Below are positions 63,892 to 64,000 of a DNA stretch of 64,000 bases, in pieces. The first letter of the stretch is position 1, and every line of letters begins with the position of its first letter. The notes under the pieces are model-generated. The model did not search any database. It was not told where the DNA came from and saw only the letters and a program-made list of their open reading frames with translations. The DNA is from Octopus vulgaris (lineage: Eukaryota): contig OX597822.1 in the NCBI GenBank assembly GCA_951406725.2, forward strand, positions 69,006,001-69,070,000, read 5' to 3'. The translations under genes were made by a program, and so were the position numbers.

Positions 63892-64000
63892 TAATTCACA
63901 GCTGGAGAAACTCTCCTTTTATGTCACTATAGCTCAAAGGAAATGCACACATAACTTCCATCACATATTTTTCTTAGTTCATGCTAACATATTCAGTTAT

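Overview
AT-rich, repeat-dense eukaryotic DNA. The SINE/RTE repertoire looks like an octopus (coleoid cephalopod) genome; this is recognition, not a database hit. The window holds one complete + strand gene with 9 coding exons (593..58558). All introns are GT-AG, the splice phases are consistent, and the CDS is 2013 nt (670 aa). It encodes an FG-GAP/beta-propeller membrane protein closely resembling the plant Golgi protein NERD1 (At3g51050). The introns contain a young 5'-truncated RTE LINE with an uninterrupted ORF that has a PHD finger inside the RT region, older RTE relics and many RTE 3' tails. They also contain at least four tRNA-derived SINE families, an internally deleted mariner, piggyBac- and pogo-type MITEs, a Helentron-type non-autonomous element, and local tandem and inverted duplications. 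The most striking unannotated signal is a set of type I hammerhead ribozyme motifs in three unrelated short repeat families. One family couples a tRNA-like Pol III head to a hammerhead and occurs as inverted, Penelope-style duplications, with a Penelope-like ORF relic nearby. This suggests a ribozyme-bearing, Penelope-mobilised SINE/retrozyme system. Repeat boundaries are read by eye and are approximate unless a TSD or TIR is quoted.
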